The translations under genes and the position numbers were made by a program. Positions 1-12,000 of a stretch of 64,000 nucleotides of DNA are shown here, one piece after another (within the stretch, counting starts at the first letter, position 1; every line of letters begins with the position of its first letter). Source of the stretch: Dimorphilus gyrociliatus. Taxonomy: Eukaryota; Animalia; Annelida. The notes under the pieces are model-generated. The model searched no databases and was not told the origin of the DNA. It saw nothing but the letters and a program-made list of their open reading frames with translations. Location of the stretch: the NCBI GenBank assembly GCA_904063045.1, contig CAJFCJ010000007.1, forward strand, positions 4,471,404 to 4,535,403, given 5' to 3'.

Positions 1-941
1 GCTATGATTAACATTTATTACCAATTTTTTAAATATTTTGGCTTATTTTGCATTGTATTTTATTGTTTTCTTTAAAGAAATGAATATAATTTAAAAATAA
101 TTTAATATAACGCAAATATAAAAATCATTTACAACAAACTTCTTCCTTCTTAATTTGTATGATTTTCATAAAAACTTTAATATATCACAAATAAAACTGA
201 TAGCCATAGATATATAATGAACAAATATGTATGTATACAATAAATACATTGTATATACAAGCTTATTTATAAAAAGTTGACAGTTTTATTACAAGAGATA
301 CTATTTCAGCTTTATTATTATATCTTATTATGGTTTTTTTTTTTAATAAAAAAAACTTACAGAAGGGAAAACAAAGTTTTTTTCCTAGTTCCTTCATCCT
401 GTTACTGAAAAATTTATTCATTTTATAAGCTTTTTTCTTTAGGAAGTGTCATTCTAACTATCATATTATTAAGCCTATATTACTCAATACTATGTTGCTT
501 ATGTGGCTTATTCTAATTTAAAGTTGTTCATATTCTTTTCAAACCTACTGCATATGTATTATATTTCAATTGAAAAAAAAAACAATAGATGGCGCTGTTA
601 GTATAACAATAATAATTAACAATAAGCGAACCTTATGCTATATAGTTTTTACTGAATATGTAACTACTTCCTTCTCTCTCCTATCTGAACCAATTAGTGG
701 TAAAAGTTGTAAAAGTAATTGAGTTTAGAAAGTAAAATACTTTAATTAAAAATTTTTCCTATCAGCCATCGTCACTTGGGAGGATGAGAGGAGGGGGTGG
801 AGGTTGTAGGGTAGGAGTCAAACGGTGCTAGGGAAAGGAAAGTAGCGAATACGTGTGTAATATATTTTGAAAAAGTACGGCAATGTTTCTACGTGATGTA
901 AAATTCTTTATACATAATTATATTTAATGTAATTGGTTTTG

Positions 942-944
<3 letters not shown>

Positions 945-985
<41 letters not shown>
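945..985. repeat. (TA)n microsatellite
   Basis: Run of TA dinucleotides. Confidence 0.9.
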
Positions 986-992
<7 letters not shown>

Positions 993-2937
993 TTATATAA
1001 TAGTCGATAAACGTGCTAATATAAGTTTATGCTACTAAATGAAAACTTCTGCGTCGTGTAAAGATTTTGTCGTGAACAAGAAAATATTTATTCATTCTTT
1101 GTAAAGGAACAACAACGCTATAACTAAATCACTTACTAAGGAATGATATTTAAATAAAATAGATAAGTTTCATTGTGAGTTATATAAACTATTGATAGTG
1201 GATTATATAGATATAGTTTATATCTACTTGTATATAGTATACAATTTATATATATATCGTATATATCGATCTATACCAATGTTCCCTTTTTTTGGAAGTG
1301 AAAAACAGCATCTCCACCCCCTTAGATTTACGCCCCCGCGCAGTTTTCTATAAAGTATCCTTACCTCTTCCCTGATTTCTTACAGTGACAGGAAAAGAAT
1401 CGAAATAATCTAGAACAGTTTTCCCTTAAACATTAATTATTAATGGCAATTAAATGATTAAAGAAAGAGGAATATTATCTTATTCAAATTAGGTTTTGTG
1501 TAGTGACGTAGAAAAGAGAATTTATTTGAGCAGGCAATTTTTAAATCTGCCTCAAAATGCTTTGATGGATTACTGTAATTATATTCTTGCTAAACAGTAA
1601 TTTTCCCGCCTTATTGTATTTGGGAAAAGTTTCATTATTCTAAATGTTTCTTTAAAGTCGTTACTGGAGTAAAAATGAGAAACTTGCATAGAGATGGAGA
1701 AACATTGAGATAGAGAAAAGGAAAGAGACAGATAAGAGAAATAGATGGGTAAATAGCGAGAGACAATGGGGGAGAGTAAAAATAAAGAAGAAAAGAATTG
1801 AAGAGTAATATGTGTTTGAGTAAGAAATTTTGAATAAGATAAGCTTGGGATTGAGATTATCTTTATTAAAGTGCATAGAAGATTATCTTTAATGAAAAAA
1901 AAAGCACATGAATATTTTCGTATAAAATTGCCATGCAAAAGAAAAAAGACCCTTTTTAAAATTTTTTCTTGGAAAATGATCGGTTTACTAAGGAATACGA
2001 TACATCAACTAGGCTTAATAAAATTTCTAATAAACTGCAATATCACGGTGAAATCCAAAACACGCAACATTCTACATATATTTACTTAAAAAACTATGTT
2101 AATTTGCTTTCATTTCCTATTTAAAATGTTTTCTTTTTTCTTCAAAAATAAAATAAATTAGAAGGTAAAATTAATAAATTAATATATAAAAAGAAGAAAG
2201 GAATTAATGGTACTTCCGGTTGAATTTTTCTTTTTGAATGTACATTTAGTACTAAAATATATAGTATACAATATATGTATATATATATAAATGGATATAT
2301 ACTGTATATATCTACAGTTTGAATGGAAGAAAAGGAGATACGCTGCACCTGCCGCTTTATAACAATTATAATAGAAAAATATTTAAATAGAAGGTTAATT
2401 TCGCCTTATAATTTCGTTTATATGTATTTTGCTTATAAATAAGGTAATTCTCTCGTAATGAGAGATATTTTTTTGCTCTCGCCATTTTTGACTCCGTTTT
2501 CATTTACACATAATCACGATCTATAACAAAAACGACGACGCTCTTTTGTTATATTCTTCGTAATAATACCGTTCAAGGTTTATTAGCCTTATCGTTTTAA
2601 GTAAATAAGGTAAACCATAGGATGACAACAAATCTCTAGACTTCTACTATGGTACATAGATATCTTTCTCTCGTAGATAAATACTAGTTTTTACAAATGT
2701 CTCTTCATGTTGTTTGTATCTTGCAATACTTTAAACTATATTATATCTAACGGAAAGTTGAAGGATTAGATGTATCATATAGTAAGTATATTAATAAACA
2801 CAAGATATTGCATGTATAAACTGTATATACGACACATTCACATGACATTCACACACTCATCTTCAAAAAATAGCCTGTTAATAAAAAAACGCTATTGAAA
2901 AGTGATCGAGATATTAGTATTAGGTCAGTTTTCCTCT

Positions 2938-3928
2938 TCACAAACGACCACTTTTTCTCACATCTCCCAAAAGTGGCTTTTTCTCATTCTCTTTTTCCAT
3001 TTTCTCTTTTTTTATTATTGTATTGGGTTTACTTTTCAATTTGTAATTAAACTTTCCATACGTAATTACCGTAACCAATGACGATATTGTACAAGAAGTT
3101 ACTGCAAGGGCAAAGCCCGAGCTCAGTTTACCAAAAGCATCACCAGAAAATACGAGAACCGAAATAAGCGTTGAAATAGTAGAGAAGAAGAATAAAGAGG
3201 CTAAAAAGTACTTCTTTACATACTTTCCATATCTTTCGACAGTAGATCTCGCTTCTCCGATATCGAACGCGTAGAATATGGAATAAATAAATGCTGAACT
3301 CTGGCAGATTACCGCAATAATCATGAAAGCCTGACAAGTTTGCAGACGAGCTAAAAAAAAAAAAAAAGAGGATAGCACAAATTTTTGAATAGATTCAGTT
3401 CAAAATAATAATTATGTGGTTTTGTTCTATTTATGACCAACTTCCCCAGAAATTTTTAATAAAAGAGTGTCTTAATTAAGCATGTGTAGGCAGCGCTGTA
3501 TATCAAAAACGTGTACATAATGTACATAAATATTCTTAATATATTTTTATATATACATTTATATGTGTCTATATGTACACGTATAAGTTTATTTGAATAG
3601 AATTAGAACAATTATTATATATTTAACACCATTCTTCATTTCTGCTATTTAGGCAACTTTTTAGTATTCTACACAAATATTTTAAACAATAATTAAGTTG
3701 TTTAGACAATCACTCTCAACAGTTTTTACCTGAGGGTCGTTGTATATCTCGACAACCGAGGAAAAGTCGGCTACATACTCTAAATAAACCCCCATAAATG
3801 GATCCGATTCCATCCATCATTTGATAAATGTTCCAGGTGGGAATAGCTAGGCTTATAGAATGTATAATTAGATTAAATAATATTAAGCCGCAAAGGGCTC
3901 CGTTCGCTCTTATATTATCTATATTCAT
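2938..3928 (-). CDS. PMP22/EMP/claudin-superfamily tetraspan membrane protein, 2 exons (3928-3730, 3350-2938)
   Basis: Exon 1 encodes TM1 followed by the claudin-type W...GLF..C...C loop (PTWNIYQ...GGLFRVCSRLFLGC). The donor tcag|gtaaaa (phase 1) joins the acceptor ttttag|ct in frame to ARLQTCQAFMIIAV, three further hydrophobic segments and a basic tail. Confidence 0.75.
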
Positions 3929-4700
3929 ATTTCTTTTATTTGTATATTATTCTCGACAATTTTCTGCTAAACACTTCGCCATTTTGGTAGAAAGTCCAAA
4001 AGGAGGCGGAGTTAATAATCTCCGCTTTAGGCCTAATACATACTGTATATACCGCCGACGCTTCTTGTTCCCAGCATATAAGAGCCTCGTTTAAGTAAGG
4101 AGTATCTAAAGACACAATTATATATATATATATATATATCTTATATTTTTCAGAATAAAGTATATACTTATATATTATATTATATTTATATATATATACA
4201 GTATACATATATATATATATATATTAAAGTATATAAGATATATACCGTATATATTAATTAACTTTTGCGAAACTACACTATCTGTTAAGTCATCTTCCAG
4301 TATGTATAAATATTTAAATTATTAACTATAATTTTGTTTTGATAATATTGAATAAATTGATTTAATTGTATTATATATAATCAAAATAAAATATATAAAA
4401 GTATAGACAATATATATAATCAGTATATATATATATAACATATATTTGAATATTTTTACCTAACATTTACCTAATAATTTAGTACATTTACTTTTTATCT
4501 CTTTGTCTAATTGGATGTTTTTTCATTTTTTTATAAAATATTCTTAACATAAAAGTAAATAAATAAAAAATATAATACTATTAATTTTTTACATTTTGAC
4601 TAATTTATCTATATCTGTATGGTTTATAAATAGATGTTTTTACACTATATATATATATATATATGTCATTCTTTTAGCAAACGCGCATTCGGCAGTGAGC

Positions 4701-6294
4701 ATGCTGGTTCGCCTCTTTCTCGTTTACCTATTCTTACTTATTGCATCAACTTTTGCCAACGAAGAACAGTTAGACCTGTGGAATAGGCCTAAAAATGGAA
4801 TACTTAATGGTAAGTTGAAGCTACTTTTAGCTACTTATTTGTCTTGTTAATTTCTTGTACTATCATTAAATTCTTAATTAACATATTTATTGCTACTTAA
4901 AAAAGAATAAGGAAAAGCCCATGTATAATCGTAGTATCAATGCTGAAACGTACTGTTGATTATGATCACTAGAAATTAAATCCTTTTAATTCGAAATAAA
5001 AGATGAATATCTCTCCCTCTGCTTTTTATTATTCATTTCGTGTCTTTAATCTATTCTTTTTTTAACTTTCACGATAAGAAATTCGAAAATAACATCATGA
5101 TTTCATTGAAACTCCATAACAGAAATTTAATTTTATTACTTTAGATAGAAGTAATGAAAATTTATGAATACTGAACAGAGAAAGAGAGAGAGAGAGAAAG
5201 AGACGAGCTAACAGTAGAAAGAGAGTAAAACTTGCACAAGAATGTTAAGGATATTGCCAATCAAGCATATCTTATCCATCCTTTAAGTTTATTATATCAC
5301 CTTATAATATTGAAAATTGAGAATTATCCCAATATTAGTTGGATAATTGTTCTAATTCTATTTACATTTGCTAATAAATTATCAAGGAAGTATACATTAA
5401 ATGAGTAATTCAAGGTATTATTTCTAAGGGACTATTATTAAATAACTTTATATCATTTTTCTATTATAAATAATTTATGCTTTGTAACCTTTTTCTGAAG
5501 AGGACTCTCTCATTATACCAGATCTAATATCGTAAAGAAAAAGTCAACATAGTATAGCCGACTTTCTAGTTAAGAACCGTATAACTAGCTAATAAACTAG
5601 ATTTACAAGTTGGCATCAATCTAAGTCCTTATTTTCTGAATTAACGTTACCGGAAATGACAAATATATTTAGCAAATGTCACAAATTGTTAACAAGAACC
5701 TTTTGCTGATAAAGAGAAGTCTGTTTTTTTTATTAAAATTATAAGAAATAAAAGAAGAAGGCTTTCTTTGATAAACTTTATTCGTTCGATAAAAATATAA
5801 TAAAAAGAAAGATTCTCACATTTCAATCTAGCAACTAGCCTAAGGGTCTAATTAGGCTATGCTTGACAAAGTTTTGTACTCTTAAGTAGAGTTAAATAAG
5901 GGATATCTAGTACTCCTTTATGATACAAATTCAACGTTAATCTCGAAACAACTTTGAAGCTCTATAAGAGATTATGAGATAAGATGCACTTAGTTCGTCT
6001 CTCCCTTGGGTGCTTTCAAATAGGCAAATCTTTTTAATAGATATTTAGTATCGGGATTCACCCTATTCTTTAAACTCTGTGCTTTTTTTTGCAGATTTAT
6101 TAGATGGAAGTCGTCTACCGTCGCTTGGGAGTCTTTCCATCAAGCAACAAGAAAATTATCCGCTAGATGGCATACGTGAAAAGAAAAGATCGTGTTGGAA
6201 AAGATTAACTGCCCAGAACTTTTTTAGCTTTCTAAGAAGAGGAAAAATTTGCGGTAGACCACTATATAGAATGAGATTCGGTTTGGGAAAGTAA
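4701..6294 (+). CDS. Putative neuropeptide/prohormone precursor, 102 aa, 2 exons (4701-4809, 6095-6294), ending ...RPLYRMRFGL-G-K-stop
   Basis: The ATG at 4701 begins a hydrophobic signal peptide (MLVRLFLVYLFLLIASTFA). The donor aatg|gtaagt (phase 1) matches the strong acceptor ctgtgctttttttgcag|at, and the frame stays open to TAA at 6292-6294. The product has KKR, KR and RR basic sites, two Cys and a terminal Gly-Lys amidation signal. Confidence 0.6.
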
Positions 6295-7497
6295 AAAAGA
6301 TAAATATCATCATTAGCAACAGCTTAATTAATATTTTAATTTATTCAAATGTTTCATACACAAAAATAATTCTGAACAGTTTAAGAAAAAGAATCATATT
6401 TAAAGAGAAAAACATTAAAGTCTATATAAATTTTAGCTTTTCACTGTTCTTCTCTGCCATTTACAAAGAGATCAAAAATGTTATTTTTCTGTCTGTTCAA
6501 TAGTTTCGATGTTGTCATGATGAAATAAAAAATAAATTATGTGCGTACTCTGAATTCCTAATAAAAGAGAAAATGAAGAAAAATTACAGACGTTGAATAT
6601 TCATTTCATTAAAAAATTTGCATATTAATTAGAACAAATAATAAATCATTTAGGAGAGTGGAAAAGGTAAAATTGTAAACAGTGAAACCGTATAAATATA
6701 CAAACATATATGGATAAGAAGATAAAGGATAAGCGAAAAAATTAATCAATTATTCCTAATAGGGAAAATCGTCCACTTTCGTTCTTCCTTGCCCTTGATC
6801 GTATGGAAAAATTGTTTATCTATGTCTAAACTGTCACATTTGACCGAATCAAGAAAAAAAATCGGTTAATTTTCTACCAAGATTGTTTAAATAAACGATT
6901 TTTATCTCTTATAAAAATATTGTATCAATTACGTTCTTTTTAATATAATAACAGGGCGAAAGTGAGTAAATATAAAAAAAAGGTTAGAAAAGAGAGAGCA
7001 AAAGAGAGAGAGAGAGAGAGAGAGAGTAAAAAGAAGGAATGATGAATTCTCAAATGGAATAAAAAGTAATTAAAAAGTCATTTATTTAAAGAAATATTAA
7101 GTAATATTACGCTGATGGTGGTAACTTTTGTAACATTTTTCTTTTATTGCGCTTCTATAAAAGATCTGTACAAGAATAGAAACAAGATAAAAAGAGATAG
7201 GTCGGAATAAGTTTAACTAATGTTTCTCTTTCTCTTTTTCATATTATCCTGTTTGATTCTACAAGAATTATTTTTTGCAAGTAGAACTTATTGATCTTCT
7301 GACCATATATGAATGTCTAAATGTAGTATATGCATTATACAGTATATATACAATATATGTAGTATTCTGTATTGTAAATAGACGTATATGTTCTATATTT
7401 ATTATATTTTTCGTATCAAGATATATTAATACAGTATATGTATGTACAATAGATACAGATGGATATTATTGGGGATTTTTTAATGAAATAAAACTGT

Positions 7498-9022
7498 TCA
7501 TATTCTGAATAAATCTTCATCGTCTACGTGAACACTTTGACGGTTAAAGTTAAAGCTACTTTGTTCCGTTTGAAAGCTAACACATGGGCTATAAGGGCTA
7601 CCTCCAGCCGAGTTGAAAGCGGCAACTCTAGCTTTGTAAACTGTTCCGTACAGGAGGCCATCTACCGTACAAACTCTATCTTTGCCTGAGTAAACTTTAT
7701 GGAAGTTTTCTCCTGATCCGTCATCCAATTCTAGTACAAAATTGTCGGCTTGTGCTAACCAGGCAACCGTTACGCTATTACCCTGAACTGAACATCGATT
7801 TCTTACAATTTTAGGTGATTTGGGCGGTTGGAGGGGAGTAAATTTAATATTTTCTACAACTTCAGTTACTGGATGAAGATCAACTGCAATGTCAAATTCA
7901 GTGGCTACAGTTTCCCTGTCAAACTTCTTAAGGAAGAATCTTTCCGCCTCGGCAGCTCTGCACATCATTGGAGATGCCGTTTGAAGAAAGGCAACTGAAT
8001 CACTCTCCTTTAATAATTCGATGGAAAATTGTATAAAACCGTTAGTCTTTTGTAATTGCCTTTTGCAGTCAGTCGCTCGATCCCTTAATTGCTGTAATTT
8101 AACTTCCCTCTCTTTGGCAATCTGTTCGACTAGTTTATCCCTTTTAGTGGTTATCGACCTCATCAAACGATCAAACTGCTCAACTAGATTGGCTTGTAAT
8201 TGGTAGGCGTTCGTTTCGATTTCATTCTCTGCACTCTTCAACCTTTGACAAAATTCGCTGGCTGTCTTTGCCTTTTCGCTTAGTTGTTGTAATCTTAGCG
8301 ATAATCGATTCTGTAATGGTGTAAAAAGATTATAGGGTTTGAAAAGCTGATAGGGGGATTTAAACGCCTGTTTGCCATAAGGGCTACAACCTGGACCCCG
8401 GTATCATCCAGTTTGTTTGTGGAACGCGGAAATCTCATTAAATCGGCGCCGCCCGGTCTGTAAACGGTCGCGTATCTTATTTTCGGTACAGACAATTGGG
8501 CGCCTTTTTTTCTCACCCAATACCCCACTTTTTTATTTCTTTATTTATATATTACAGGGGAGTTTTTTTTATTCTTCTTTCTTTGCAGTATATCTTTTTT
8601 TTCTTTTATTCTTCTTTATGAATATAAATAGCATTCATTTAAAAGAAGAAGAAAGATCTTCTGCACAAACTTGCCCACCCGTATTATAATCTAATATCTT
8701 TTCCACATAAAGAGCACCTAAACTATTTTTCTCAAAGTGTACTAGAATAGCAAATAGAGTACATATTTGAATGCATTTATATAGTTTGTATACAATATAC
8801 AGTCGCTTACAAACACGCATACAGACACGCACATACTCAGTTTCAGTATATACTCTCCCCTCTCACTGTATGCATACATATGTTTTATTTATAAACATAT
8901 GTACTCAAGCGTCTATATTCATCTACCAAAACATATTAAATGTTTTTTTTGTACAATTGTATATATGTGCTTTAAGCATACTATAACTGCAATAATAAAA
9001 AAGCGACGGTCTTTGTATATAT

Positions 9023-9059
<37 letters not shown>

Positions 9060-12000
9060 ACGCTTTTCTCATGTCAAAAGTTAAGTTTATTTACGGTAGT
9101 TTACGTGACAATGTACGGTTTTTTTCTCTTGAAGTAAAATGAGAATTTTAGCTTTGTAAAATGAGAGCAAAAGATTAAGTACTACCGTACAAATACTAGG
9201 GTATATTAATATATACGTTTACGGTATGCTTGCTTTACTTAAATATTATAGAATAGTAGTACATGAGATTATTAAAAATGACAGATGGCGCTCCAAGGCT
9301 GTTTTTTGACACCTCTCCTAAAAAAAAAGTAAAAGGAAAAGAATTATCAAAGGAAAGTAAAAGGCGAGAAAGGGGGGGAAAAGTGAAAGTATAACGTAGA
9401 AGTAACGCTATCCAGCCGGTCCTTTATTCTTCGCCAAACTGCCATATGGCCGTTAAAAATTTAGGCCTAGTTATAAAAGAGGGAAAAGAAAGTTAATTTT
9501 ATTTTTTCTAATTCAAAACAAACCCCTATCTGTGCATAAAAAACATTAACTGTTTAACGTCTCTTTTTGTTTAATTAATGAAGCCAATAATACAAAATTA
9601 AACAAGTTCTTTTGATGAGGATAGAGCGAGAGAGAGAGGAGGAAAAAGAGACGGTCTAGTCTCTTAATTTCTTTTATCTGCTCTACTTTTTCTTTTTTTT
9701 TTTTTACTAAACGCGAATTAGATTGATAGATAGGAAGGAAGATAGTAAGAGTACAGGTTAACGATCTAGGGGGAAAGCATAAGCGTTTGATTATGTATGT
9801 ATATATATCTACCGTTCCAGAAAAACATCTAAGATTGCGAGTACTCTTTTGATAGAATATAATAGGAGAACTATAGTACGATTGTAGTAATTGATTAATT
9901 ATCTATTGCCGTGAATGGTTTGAGCTGGAAAAGAGGACATCCATTTATGTCATTAATTTCCAAGCTGAATGAAATAATTGAATCAAGTAGGCTGCCGCTT
10001 CTGAATGATTTTAGAATAAGAGAAAACTGACGGTTACAGAAATAGAGCAGAATCGTAGCTTTTTATCCCTTGTGACCCTAAAAAGCATGCTTTTTAGCAC
10101 GGCGGGTGATAAATACGCTTGACAAACTACGACAAACATTCTATATGGCGCCATTCTGTCTGGAATCGTCTCAACGGACGCTTTCGTAAATTCTTTCCAT
10201 CTATCTATCTCTTTCTTTCGTTTCGTTTCTTTTATTCTTTACTATATCCAATCTCTTCTCCATTCTAATTGGAACGAGATGTGGAATTGGTAGATTAGTC
10301 GAATAGATAAGATAGAAAGGGGTGAGAATTGCGATAATACGCTCAACTCCCCAAATGCACATGTGCGATTGCATAACTTATTTGACGATATACGCAACAA
10401 AAGCAATATATTTACATCCACCAAAGGAATCCTGACTTAATTGGCTTTCGACAAGTTTCTAAAATGACCAACAAACTTATCGCCCCTTCACATCAAACGT
10501 TGAGAAGAAAGACGACTTTTTAACTTACTACAATAGATTGTCAAGTTCGGTTAAAGAGGTGGAAGTGTTATAAGGTAGGGGGTATTTCGTTAAAAAAAAA
10601 AGGAACGCCCAGAAAAAATACTTTCTTAAAAAACAAGCGAATAGGGAATTCATCACTTCAAAGAACTAGAAAAATCTTAAATACATATTAGGCCTATATT
10701 TATGGCACAAAAATTCTTTCAGTTAGAAGGTTTGTAGAGGAATTCCAAGAGGGGGGCGTTTCTTTATTTCCACCCTAGTTAAGAAGAAGCGAATATTTCA
10801 ATAAACCGTCTGGTAATTGACCTCATATTACTAACAGAATTCAATAGGCTTTTAACGGTCGAAAAGAAGTCTGGAGGACGTCATAGCAACGCTTGTTGAC
10901 CCTTACAAGATTCTGACACGTGACAATTTGTTTTTAAATAAAAATTTCCCTAATTTAACTCCCAAGGCTCTCAAATATGTTAAACCTGTTTACATAAACA
11001 AAAAGGATGTGTACGAGCGATAGACGTAATACCTTTCTGCACTAGATTCCACACCTGTAATAGGCCTAAGTGATGAGGTGGGTGGGGGGGATGGAAGCAT
11101 TGATAGGAGCGAATGAAAGTGAAAAAAAAAGAAGAAAGCTAAGGCAAAGACATAAAGGAAGTAGAAAGTTATTTAATAGTGAACGAGATAAAGTGTTGTC
11201 ATCTACTCAGATTTCCTTTTCTTATTTGATGGCAAAGGTAAGGTTCTATAGGAATCTTGTTATTATTATTTTTTTTAATATCTAGGCCTACGAACTCCAG
11301 TTATCTCTGTTAATCAAACACAATAATTACAGGCATATATAAATATATGCAATCTAGAATATACACTGATTCGATTAATCCGCTTTATGGAAGCGGCGGC
11401 GCCCAAATGTCTGCGAGAACGGAGCTTTTTGGCGCCGAAAGCGAGAACGAATTGAAAAAAGTCTTTCGGATGAATACTTTTATCGAATCGGTAAATAGAC
11501 GAGGCCGAGATAAGCCACGATCTTGAAATTTTTTGTTATATATATTTATATATAAATATATATAAATATCAAAATTTTCTATTCATCTAACAATAGTACG
11601 GTACCGTGTAAATTAGCATGTAATTTTCAAAAACTGTTAATTATATGGTCTATTCTATTTTTCAAGATCGTGGGTGAGAAATTTTCCTTTTTCAATAAGA
11701 AAAGAAATCTCTCCCCTACCTTCCTTTTTTTTTTATCTTCCATATTATTTATATATTTATAAGGACGCAATTATTAAGCCTTTTACTTGAATAAGAATTG
11801 CAAGCAACCCGCATTCTCCTTTTGTTAAACGACAGCATAAATAGGAAGCAATTATAAATTCATATATCATAAACCGTCTTTTCTCTCTGTCGATTTTCTA
11901 ATTCCCAATAGTAATCTTTCTATTAGATTGCGAAAACAAAGATCTGGACAAGATTGATATGATAGAATGAATAAGTTAACTCATTCCCTCCACTATCGTA

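Noticed and set aside
1579-2348. Several 68-119 aa ORFs on both strands
   Set aside because: Low-complexity F/I/L/Y/K translations of AT- and microsatellite-rich DNA, with no motif or convincing splice chain.
2522-2553. 10-bp stem hairpin TATAACAAAA...TTTTGTTATA
   Set aside because: An almost pure A/T stem, expected by chance at this base composition.
8021-8206. Plus-strand ORF and similar antisense ORFs over TRIM9, the GPCR (21024-21317) and NUP98 (27396-29836)
   Set aside because: Shadow frames opposite well-supported coding exons.
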